From Moniliella sp. 'wahieum' (lineage: Eukaryota), in the NCBI GenBank assembly GCA_003971905.1, contig RSEE01000049.1:62001-126000 (forward strand): a stretch of 64,000 nucleotides of DNA, in the 5' to 3' direction. The translations under genes were made by a program, and so were the position numbers. Positions 1 to 11,160 of the stretch are shown here, one piece after another (the stretch's first letter is position 1; each line of letters opens with the position of its first letter). The notes beneath the pieces were generated by a model. The model was not told where the DNA came from. It was given only the letters and a program-made list of their open reading frames with translations, and did not search any database.

Positions 1-1020
1 GGTGTCGTCCGCCTCTTCTCTCCTCTCCTCATGGATGCTCTCGCATCTGTATGGCTCCGAGCGAGAGAGAACTATGCGGATACGGATCGGAATACAACTT
101 CCGTATACTAAGACATGCTCGCAAACTCCCCCGTTTTCCACGCTGTTGAATCCAACCCAACGCCTCTTACCAGATAGGGGGGATGGAGGGGACACTTAAC
201 TTCGCAACGTTCCAAGAGAAGAGGCGAAGAGGAAAGATGCCGCAGAGGGTATATGCACGGTCGGTAGTACCAGTGCGGTGCGGGGAAGGGCAATCATGAA
301 TCGGTGGAGATGCACCCTGTAGCGGTATTCGAAGGGAATGGTGCTGACAGTGTCCTCCAGATACCAGAGAGAGAGGTGACAGTAAGCCACAACCCGCTTG
401 TAGCACACACCACAGTGGGCAGGAAGGAGGCGGCGCGCTGGGCAGTGGCGGAGCGAGAGGTACAAGTGGTAGATATGGGGGCAGCGAAGCGGTGTTGTGA
501 TACGGGCACTGAAGGATGTAGAGGCTGGCCCACGCGTAGTAAAAGGTGAGAAAAGAGAGCAAATTGTGAGCGTTTCTGGTGGTTTGATAGGTGGAGCATG
601 ATGTAGATTTTGAAGTGAGGGAATCAGAATTGGACCCAAGCCTGAGGGCATCATCCTAGCTTAATGTCTACCCTCGTCGCGAGCAGGCGCCCTCTGTCCA
701 TCGCGCTGCTACATCCGAATTCGTCCTGGCTGCTACCGTCCATGGTTGGATGGGTTAACGTTTATAGAATCACGCCGTTTGGTAGGACAGTTACGTTGTT
801 CCATGAATTTAGGGCAACAGATAGAGAGGTAAAAAGGTGTAACTGTTGGGCGTTGCGTCGACATGACGAGAACGTAAACGTGAAGTACACCAGAACTAGG
901 GTGGACACGAAGTATAATCAGCAAGGTTGCCAATGATATACGGGAGTCGGATGACAGCCGGGGAAGGATGGGGAAATGACAGGGGGAGGGGGGGGGGGGG
1001 GGGGGGGAGGGGAGGGGTTA

Positions 1021-2896
1021 TCAAGCAGCCGCGGTCTGGGTCTTGGTGCCAGGCAGCTTGGCCGCAATCCCCTCGGCATCCTTCTCGTCCGGCGAAGGGC
1101 TGTGGTCAGCACCGTCATGCCATTCGCCCGCCTTGCCAGCAGGAGAGGATTCATCTTCCACCACGCCTCCGACCAGGTTGGCAGCCGCGGCCTGCTTCTC
1201 AATCTCGCCCTTGATGTCGTCGCGGGACGCCATGCCTGTCGGGACCCAAGAACGGGAGGTCCAGGCACGACAGTTGGGGTCGCAGTACATCTCGTTGACC
1301 TGTTCCAGATTGAGGTCCTTGGTTTCGTACACAAAGAAGAAAGCGATGACCGCGTTGGCAAGGTTGCACCCGGCAAAGACGTAACCGTAGGCGAAGCCAA
1401 TGTCGGCCGTGATGGGGGTGGTGAACAAGGCCAGAAGGAAGTTCCAGATCCAGTTGGACAGGGTAGCAAGCGCAGCTTGGCGAGCGCGGGTGCGCGAGCT
1501 GAACACCTCGCCCGTGAACAGCCAAATACCCGGAGCCCAGGTACTGGCGTAGCCAAGGATGAAGAAGCAGCCCGAGCAAATCATCAACTTGCCAATGCCC
1601 TTCGACAATTGGGGGTCACCCAGCTTCTTGATGTGAGTTTCAGGGTTGGCCTTGTTGCCACCGACACCGGCACTAGCAACACAATGAGCCAGGCGCTGCA
1701 CCAGACACCACCCCAGATAAGCGGCAGACGACGGCCGATGGCCTCCAACATCCAAAGACCAAGGAGGGTGCAGACAAGTTGACCGCGCCAAATGATCTGG
1801 GTGACAAAGGGATCGTGATACCAACAGGCGTCATGATCTGGGTACCGAAATAGAAGAAGTAGTTGGCACCAGTCAATTGCTGGCCCATTTGCAGCACGAT
1901 GCCCAAAAGAGTACGGTAGAGCGTCTTGTTCTCGGTGGAAGACCTCGGTCCAAGTGACAGTGTTCGAGCGCTCCTCTTGCGCAGCGGCAATGATTTCGAA
2001 GTACTCGGCCTCGACATACGGGTCCTTGTCGGCGACAGTCTTTCCGCGCACGCGGGCCACAGCCTCGCGCGCTTCTTCGTACCTCTCATGCATCGCAAGC
2101 CAACGAGGCGACTCGGGGCAGAATTGAATGGTGACAGCGAGGAAGGCGGCAAAGAACATACCCAGCCCAACCGGGACACGCCACTGAGTTGCCTCCGACG
2201 AGTGGTGAAACGTGGGGGCCAGGTGTCACCGTAGATTTCTTTCCAGTGGCAACTGCCGGCACAACGAGAGGCAATGCCGAAGCAGTAGGCAATCAGGATA
2301 CCGGCAGTGATAGCCCACTGGTACGTAGCCACCAGGGTGCCGCGCAGTTGACGAGGGATGGTTTCAGCCTGGTACACGGGGACAGCGCATGACAAGGCGC
2401 CAATGCCCAAGCCAGTAATGAGACGGCCAATGGCAAATTCAACCCAACTCGTGAACGAGCAGAGTTGAATGATGACACCGATGAAGAAGACGCAAACCTC
2501 GTACTGCATAGCACGGCGACGGCCGAAAAAGTCGGCCAAGTAAGCGCCGGCCAACGCACCAAACATGGTACCGATTGACATGAAGGAGACAATGAGACCG
2601 TCAATCCAGGGGTTAAGTACCTTGCACATGGCAGCACCTCACAGATGTTGCCGTGCAGCTCTGGGTTGGACTTCTCTACCGTGGCAAAGCGGATCAAGAA
2701 GTCCTTGGTTTGAGTGATACCCGAGATCTATAGCAGGCACCTTCAGGGTTAGCAACAGAGGACCAAGCAGAAAGGGGGGGGCGGTAGCACGCACCTGGCC
2801 CGTGTCGTAGCCGAAGAGGAAGCCGCCCATGCTGCTGACGAGGCCGACCATGATGGCTTGGTAGCCGATCGGCGTATTACGGACAGTGAAGCCCAT
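1021..2896 (-). CDS. MFS sugar porter (hexose transporter, HXT/Ght-like)
   Basis: Stitched from ORFs 2639-2983, 1673-2629, 1584-2159 and 1021-1824. Motifs: MGGFLFGYDTGQISG, LADFFGRR, GRLITGLGIG, PVYQAETIPRQLRGTLV, PESPRWL, QQLTGANYFFYFG, ETKDLNLEQV. Intron 2728-2794 (GTGCGT..GCTAAC..TAG). Several 1-bp frameshifts. Confidence 0.95.
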
Positions 2897-4609
2897 GGTG
2901 CCGGGAGAGTTAGCAGAGGAAAGTGGAGGTGCGAGGGTGGAGGTGGTAGTGGTGTTGGGGGGGAAGGGGTGATAGGGAGACAAGGTGAACGTAGGCCGAA
3001 CAGATGGGGCGGGAGGCTTAAATAGGCGGGAGGAAGGGGTGGGCGGCGGCGGCGTGCCTGAGGCTGCAGGCGCAGGCTTGCAAGGATCGCAGGCGCCAGG
3101 CTAGCGTCCGGCCTGAGCGCCTGAACGTCCGGCCTGAGCGCGGCCTCGCGACGCGGGCGATGCAATCCGCGGGAAGAAGGGCCAGCGGTGCATAGCAGAC
3201 ACACCGGCAGGACAGCAGTGTTGGGCACGCGGACCTCGCACGTCGGGACAGTGGGAGGCAGTTGGCGCCGTGGGCCGCCGGCGTGTGCTCAGGTGCGCTC
3301 AGAGCGCTCAGAGCGCTCTGGTGCGCCTGCATAAGCGGCTGCATCTGCTGCATCTGCCTGCATCTGCCTGCACCTGCCAGGCGAGGGTGTGCGACATGCC
3401 CCGTGGGGAGCATGCGGCGCCTGGGCAGTGTCCGCGCGCCAACCCCACACTCCCCGGGCGGCGGTGACCGGTTGGGCCCCCCGCCGCGACAAGAGCGGCG
3501 AGCTGCTGGATGCGCCGGCGCAGCGGCAAGCCCGATCGCATGCCCCGCTGGGCACGGCGCCTGTGTGCGCAGCTAGCTGCAACATGCGCCCGGGTGGTGC
3601 GTGGGGCATGCGTGATGCCCCCGCCCGTTGTCGCGCCGCGAGCAAGCGCGGCCCTGTGCGGGATGCCGCCCGCCGCGGCGGCGATATCGGCCCGCATGCG
3701 GGCAGTGTGTCTGCAACAACGAGGGCGGTGAGGCTGCCATGGGTGAGCTTCGATCATCGACCACTGGTTCTCTTTGCGCTCCATATTGAGTAACCGAGTC
3801 CGCAGTACACCAGAGCGCCTCGCCTCGGAGCGCCTGGCCAGGCATGGCCGCGGCAAGTAAGTACGATGGGAGCGCGACTAAGTGGCATCGGCGGCAGGAA
3901 CCAGCCCGGAGCCGCAGGTACGCTGGCATACTGCATACCTCCCAGGGCCTGCTGGCTTGTGTGCGATCAGAGTGTGGCGCCGTGGCTCAGTGCGCTCAGT
4001 ACGCTGTGTGGGTGCATGACGCGTGGCGCGTGACAGCCGGGGGGCAGCGTGCTCGCGCATGGGACCGCTTTGTTCCTATGCCAGACATGTGCATGTGGTG
4101 CAGGCAGCCGCAGACACAGTGGCAAGCGCCTGCGCTCAGCCACCCAGCCACGTACTTTGCCCACCGCACCCTCCTCAGACACGCAGACCACATCAGGAGC
4201 ACCGGCAGAACACCGCACGGCGGGGTTGTGCCTCTCGGATCCCAACAGCCGCCGCACTACGCCACCCAGCCTGCATCCCCCACAACCGCTTCACCAACAC
4301 ATCCGGCGTCGAGGCCGAAACAGCCCCTCCCCCCCGTGATCGGTGACCCCCCCCCCCCCCCCCCAAAGCCGCAAACGTGGCGTGCAACGGCGGCTGTAGC
4401 AGACTGGTCTGGCATGGATGGCATGGAGCAACCACGATGAGCGGCACGCCTCCGGCTGCAGAGTGTGCTCAGCTGGGCCCTCAGCCTGAGGCCTGAGGAC
4501 TTGCGGCCCGAAAGCGCACGAGGGCGTGTTAGCCTCAGGATCCAGGTTGCTACAAGGGCTGGTCTGCCCAGTGTTCTGCACGTGCCTACGTTCGACATTC
4601 AACGTCCAA

Positions 4610-4766
4610 TGTCGGCCCGCTACTACCACAGAACGTGAGCACTGAACGTCGTATTGGACTAAGAAGCTTTTGCGACTGCTCGTCCAGAAGACTGGTGCGA
4701 GCTCGGAAGGAATGAAAGCTGACTCACGTGACTCAGGGTCCGCGCGTCCTAGGACGGATGTCAACA
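4610..4766. mobile_element. Solo LTR, family A copy 1 (157 bp, TG..CA, TSD TCCAA)
   Basis: Begins TGTCGG and ends TCAACA. The identical 5-mer TCCAA lies at 4605-4609 and 4767-4771. A near-identical copy is at 5406-5560. Confidence 0.85.
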
Positions 4767-5405
4767 TCCAACGTACTTCGGCGTCTTCAACCTCCAACGT
4801 CAATGTTTTCAACGCCCAAGCGACGTTGAGATCTAGATGCGTTGCTCACTAGTCACTAGTCACTAGTCACTTGGTAGTAAAATCCCCTAAAAATCCGGCC
4901 CACCTTGGACTCTTGCCTCCCGTTTTGTGGGAAAACATTTGGTCATGCGATTCGCCTTGCTGCTTAATTAGCTCAATTTGACTGCTTATAGCGCTTATGC
5001 CACCGCTTCTCCACACTCGCTCTCCGCAGTACTCGGTCGCCCTCGGCTCAGTCACTAGTCAGGCCTCAGGATAAACTACAGCTGTGTGGCCTAACAGGCT
5101 GAACCCCAAAGCAGTAGGAGACTAGTCACCATCTGACGTCTCATGTCAATAACTGTTTCAGGTCCTATGGCAAGTTTCGGGCCTCCCCGTCCCAACCGCG
5201 AAAACCTGTGTCGAGTGCGGCTAATATGCCACCGACGACAACGAGGTCTAAGACCCCAGGCTAGCTGGAGCGTCACATGTCACATGGCACAGGCCTCACG
5301 GTGCCAATCCATTGCAAGTGCGCCCACAATCTGCCGTGGGAGACCTCTATACCCGGTGACCGGTTGGTTGACCACGGCAAAAAATACACATTTTGGAGCA
5401 TGCAC

Positions 5406-5560
5406 GTCGGCTCGCTACTACCACAGAATGTGAGCACTGAACGTCGTATGGGACTAAGAAGCTCTGCGACTGACTCGTCCAGAAGACTGGTGCGAGCTCG
5501 AAGGAATGAATCTGACTCACGTGACTCAGGGTCCGCGCGGTCCTAGGACGGATGTCAACA
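5406..5560. mobile_element. Solo LTR, family A copy 2 (TSD TGCAC)
   Basis: Near-identical to 4610-4766 and ends TCAACA. TGCAC lies at 5401-5405 and 5561-5565. The first T of the TG terminus is missing (mutation or sequencing deletion). Confidence 0.8.
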
Positions 5561-8500
5561 TGCACGTGATACCGGTGATATATGATGCCGCGGTGACATT
5601 GTGACAAAACGCGTTGCGACGCGTTGAACCGTGAATCGTTAAACGGGAAGGCCTAAGGCTAAGGATTGAACTCTGCCTCCGCTTCTTGTTTGTGGCTGAC
5701 GTGCGCATAGGGCAGTGGGCTGGAGGCCCCTCGTAGGCCTAGCCTTAGGACTTAGGTACTAAGTGCGCACCCAAGGGACGTGTGTTGGCCAAAGGCTGAG
5801 CGGCTGAACGCGCGCTGAGGGCTGGGCTCCCAACATCAGCGACACTTGAAGCTTGACTTCCGTGGCGGCGGTGACCGGTGAACGGTGAAAATTGAAGTGG
5901 TGCCAATGTATCGAGCTCAACGTCAACACATACCCCGATGGCAGATCTCAGATCATCGATCATCGATCATTTTCATGCACCTCACCGACCATCTCAATCA
6001 CCATGCCTCCATACTCACGCAATGCCACGCACCGATCACCGGACGGATCACACACCAATCACCGGATGGGTCACACACTGGGTGCTGTAGAACAGCGATG
6101 CAGGCCATACCAAACCCCACAAAACATTCCCATTGCATGATGTGGACACCCCGAGTAGTACTAGTACTAGTATAGCGGTGCGCACCTGCTTTGCCCCAAA
6201 CAAGAACCCAGCAATCGCACTTTCCTTGCCAATCCGTTCACGGCCTGAGCGCCTGAGCGCTGAGCGTCTGAGCAAGATCAGGAGGCACTGACCTCAAGTA
6301 CCGCATTGGGCCTGAAGCTCAGACCCTGAAGCCTTAGCTGAGCTCAGCGCTGCGCAGGCTGAAGCTTGAAGCTTGCAGTGACTGCTGAGACGCTGAGGTC
6401 TGGGCTCGGGCGTACCTAACAGGTACAACGGATGTACCGTGGTCTACGTCAGAACAATTCTGTTCCTCGCACTCTCCATCCGACATGCGTCATGCATCAT
6501 GATCCTGTACTAAAAGCGCGGCCGTGTGTGGGGCTTGGGGGCAAACAAGGGGGGTACCTTGGGGAACTGAGCGGGGGGACCTACTGAGGAAACTTGTGCG
6601 GGCGCCCCGTTCCGCCTCTGTTCCGCACCTTCCTTTTTGCCCTCCGGCTGCCTTCGCCTGGTTGCATCCACACCACCTCATCCCCGGCCTTGCTCGCCTG
6701 CCACTGCCCCAAGACTCCATTGGGGCATCTGGGCTCAGTGGGGCCCCCTTGATTTTACGTTTAAACGTTTAACGTGTTAACCCTCTCCATAACGTGTAAC
6801 AAGCAAGATGGGCCCATTTCTTCAACCGTGCCTGGAGCCCTGATTGATGGGAGAGTGGGATCAATTCGATCAATGATGCTGTGAGATGATCGATGATCGA
6901 TGTCAGATAGATATTAGATCCACGGATGGCCAATGTCAATGGTCGAAGCGCCAAGCGCCAAGCTTCAAGAGCGAAGCTTAAGCATCCGTGTTGCCCACTC
7001 GACATCGATCACATGTATCCGTACTCGTGCTTCAGACGCCTGGCGAGCCACCAAACGGATTCTGCGTAACCGCATAACCGGGGCATAACCGGGCTAAGCG
7101 CATGGCCGCATAACCGGTAACAACCGACGGGGCGGACGTAGCCCACATAACTGGTAACTGAAACATTGCACCCGCTGACCGGCCTAAGGCCTAACGGCTT
7201 ATTAACGGCCTAACCGGCTAACCAGTACTCGGCTCTCTCTGTCCCTTTATTGTTGGTTGTTTTGCGCAAGATGGGCACTCGAACTTGAAGCTTGAAGCCA
7301 TTCGACGAATCTTCATCATGAGATTGCGATCAGGTTCATTGCCGAGTATACCGCGTACACCGTTGCAACCTGCTGTCACGGGGCGATGCGCAGCACAGCC
7401 ACGGAAATATTTCCGTTGGCGCCGCCGCTGCTTATCGTTCGCTCTGGCTTCTAATCAGTTCGATCGCCGATGTTCCGCGCGTGCAGATCGGCGGGAGCCA
7501 TCAGCCGCTGGTCTCCAACAGACCACAGTCAGGCCGCTTGCCTATTGACGACTTGCGGGCCTTTGCCTGCCTATATAAAGACCCGCTCTGTACTAAGAAT
7601 GCATGGAGGCAAGCGACCAATCGTCTTGTCCTGCGTCCACCCTCAGCGCCGCCTTCTCCAGGACTCAGCTTAGGAACGCTATCGCTAGGAAGGCAGAGGG
7701 GAGGACGCCTCTTGGGTACGAAGCTCGTGCTTCGGGCCTACGACTGTCCCCTTGCCTGACGAGCCAGAGGGCAGGCTCCCCTTTGTGGCCCCGTCGGGCG
7801 AGGTTGTCATCGCCCGGGAGGCCACAACCTTACACCTGCCGAGATATGTCTTCCTCTGTTGTATATATAACCTCACTTTGAGGACTTAATTGCATCCCGC
7901 GAGGTGACACATGTGTGTGCATAATGTGCATGTGATATGAGGGGCCACAGGCAGTACCAAAGAAGAGAAGATATCCTGAAGTACCTGGAGCATTTGAAGT
8001 TGCGCGTGAGCGAGACCCGTGACGCGTGACCCGTCAATGAACGTCGCCCAGGCCCATTGCGAGTATACGCCCCAGTGCCCCCCTGGCTCACGCATAGGGA
8101 TTCATATTCCTAGCGAAGGGGGCAATAGAAGCTGTGTGAATATGGAGCTTGAAAAATGGCCGTAGTGCTCAAGCTTCCAAGTATCGACCTTCAGGCGGGT
8201 CAGGAGGTCTCAGGGATTCAAGCTCCATTAAGCTTCAGGGCAGCAGAGTGTCGTTAGAGCTTTAGACCTTCAACAACAGCAGACTTCAAGCTTCAGACCT
8301 TCAGAGCTAACCTCAGACCTCAGCGCCCTAGTACAAGCAACACGTTCTAAACCATTTGTCGCGTGGGCCAAGACCGCCATGGACCAACCAAAAAGCAAAC
8401 GGGAAGAAACGAGTAGGTACTAGTAAGACGAAAAAGCTACGCGTAACTAGGTATGACACTGTGGTGTTTGACGTGCGGCGCAAGTGGGATGTTCGTTGCG

Positions 8501-10979
8501 CACTAGGCACTAGGCATTAGGCGTGGCCGCGCCGAAAACAAGTCCGAGCCGAAACAGAGATGCGGGAGGGTCTTCGGAACATGTCACTCGCTCGTCACTG
8601 GCTCTACCTCCGCGGTAGTGACTCGTGACTAATAGTGACTAGTGACTAGCGCCTACGAGTGAGTAGTGACTCCCGGCCCGACTGGATGTGACAGCTGTGC
8701 TCCTTGTTGCAAAATCCAAGGCAGGCGGCTACAGGCAGCGTGTCATTGCATGACACAGCGACAAATATAGCGGCCAGAGGAACTAATAACGAGGGCCTCG
8801 CCTGCGTCACTTACACCAGAGTCAACAGGCTCTGCAGCTGAGAGTACTCGATTACTGGGTAGTAGTACACTGACATGCAACATGTGATACCTCAGCCTGC
8901 GCGCTCTGACTGGCTCGCCCCAGGTCCCACAGGCTACCCCAGGCACCTGCATGTGCGCGCGGGTGTGGGAGGGGAAAAAAAGACGGGCGGCTATACAAAC
9001 TCCCCCATCATGTTGGCTGGGGCGTACCGGATCGGAAATATATGGGATGGTGCGAGTGTAACATATTCGATCATCACGACGTCAACGTTCAACGTTCACA
9101 CGTCGCGTTCAACATCAGTAAAGCAAAACCACAGGGGGGGCATGAGAATAGGGATGGATTCCTAGGAACCATTATGCATTACAGTGTAGCCAAATGGTCA
9201 TTCCTACTCTTCTTGTACTAAATGTTGACTACTAGCACGTCTGGAGAATATTCCGTCTCTACGGGGTTAGTAGTTTCCAACATCGTTTCCTACCCCCACA
9301 GACCTCACATGTTCAGTGCTGGCTCATGCATCATGCATCATGATCTGCCAACTATCGCCACCGGCAACTACGGCATCTCTCGCGGCAGGAACAATGTACA
9401 TGTAACGTGCAGTCAGGTACCCCATCACGACCTCTTTCCAGTTTGGCACATCCCCGTGAGTAACATATACCACCTCAGGCCTCATCCCGGGGTTAGTAGC
9501 GTGGGGGGGGGGGGGGGCAAAGATGGGAAGAGGTCTCTCGATGATAATTAATGGGCAACGGGAAATGACCAGTAGACTAGCCATAGAGAGGTGAACGTTG
9601 AACGGATGAACACGGTGAGCGGGGCGAGCGTTCGGATCTCAGAGCGCTCAGAAGAGCCGAAGTGTATGAGAGTGGGCCCATACTATTTTCGACCTGTGTG
9701 CGTTACAGAGGTTTCGGGTGACGGCTCCGCAGACAAGACCCCAGGCCTCAATATTATTCAATCCAGTCGACAGAGTGAAATCATTTCTATTAGTAGCGCC
9801 GCGCCAGTGCTAGTGACGCGTGACGCGCCGCCGCATTCGGCTGGGCCGACCGCCCCCCAGTTTGGGTCTTGGCAGAATACTTCCCTGAAAGTTGTGGCAC
9901 GTGAGAAGCTATATATACCTGGGGTCTCCACACCCATGAGAAGCTGCATCGGCTGCTCAAGCAGACTAATGACGGATTGCGAGAAAATTCCGAGTATCAA
10001 CAGGGACGCCCTCCTATGATCTGTTCCTCTCTCTCTGTTGACCAGGGTGACAAGCAAGATGAGGACACTCCGCCACCAAAATTGCTAACAGAAGAAGTAG
10101 AACAGATGAAAAGACATATGGCTGATAGCAGAGTCATAGTATTACGTTGGAGAGAGGACTGTTGAACACACGTTGAACTTTGTGCTCGCTCTTATGTTCA
10201 CTAGCCACCGCACCTGCATCTAAATCCACTCCCACGCTACACCCAATTGAGAGGGAATCGAAAGGAGCCGACAATAGACGAACCTGTCCTACTCTTGCAA
10301 TGGCTTTCTGGCTTCCTAATTGGGTGGGCACACGAGCTGTGGAAGCAAACGCCGTACTGCGCCAAAGCCTGGTCGGGAACGTTTATTGTGTCCCTCTGCG
10401 CACAGTATTTTTGATGCAAATGCTATAGGAATCCTAGCACAGCAGTACATAAACCACAGCCCAAATGTCGTCCTTTCGTATCCCTTCTGCTAGTCCCCTC
10501 TGCTCTCCTAGTACAGTAGTACTCAGTTCCAAGTTCGGCACCACCACTGCCCCATCCTCCATCATCAGCACAAAACATAAAGAGCAACATTACGATATGC
10601 CTCTGGTCATTCCCAACAAGATCTTCTTCTCAGATGACGAGTCGGGGCAAACCCTTTTTTCGTTCACTTCTTTCCTTCATCTCTCTTAAAATGTCTTTGG
10701 ATACATAGTTACTGTGGGGACATGACGCTCGTAAGAGCTGTCTCCATCTTCTGATGCCCTGTATTACACATGTCACCGCGAGCGATGTCCAGCATGGGTC
10801 CAATGTCCACATTGGTCTTGTCGATGGCTATGTTGTGTTGTACATTTTTGTGTAGGCTTGTTTATATGATACAACGGCACCAAGACAGCGGGCAAGATGC
10901 TGGCGCATTGGAAGAAGGATTTGACTACTGAATCTCAATGGAAGTGGTTCCTCACTCGGATGTCTACTACGTTCATCCG

Positions 10980-11160
10980 TGTCCACACGCGCTACTTCGG
11001 GTATGGGACCGGATGGCGAGCACCACAGGATCCTGATATCCTGGCGACCCCCCTGGTTCGCTAGCAGTGGTGGCGCTACGAAGTAACACTCGCAAGATCA
11101 ACGGGTCGGCTTAGGCGTAGCGTTTCCCTGTCCCACCCTTAAGCTCTACTGTCAATGATA
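10980..11160. repeat. Dispersed repeat family B copy 1 (possible degenerate solo LTR)
   Basis: Aligns by eye with 34611-34798 (shared blocks TGTCCACAC, TCCTGATATCCTGGCGA, CGCAAGATSAACGGGTCGG, CGTAGCGTTTCCC, CCTTAAGCTCT, CTGTCAATGA). Confidence 0.7.

Noticed and set aside
108..654. Overlapping minus-strand ORFs at the window start
   Set aside because: No recognisable domain and no way to choose a frame. Could be a frameshifted hypothetical gene but is unsupported.
982..1018. Long G/C homopolymer runs (also 4346-4364 and 9503-9517)
   Set aside because: These are simple homopolymers whose length is unreliable in this assembly, with no further structure.
3018..4447. Numerous 100-200 aa ORFs in the GC-rich region upstream of the hexose transporter
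   Set aside because: Ala/Arg/Pro-rich translations in all six frames without motifs, explained by very high GC content.
4610..5560. Single TRIM / mini LTR retrotransposon bounded by two LTRs
   Set aside because: Each repeat has its own distinct TSD and the outer flanks (TCCAA vs TGCAC) do not match. No clear PBS or PPT lies between them.
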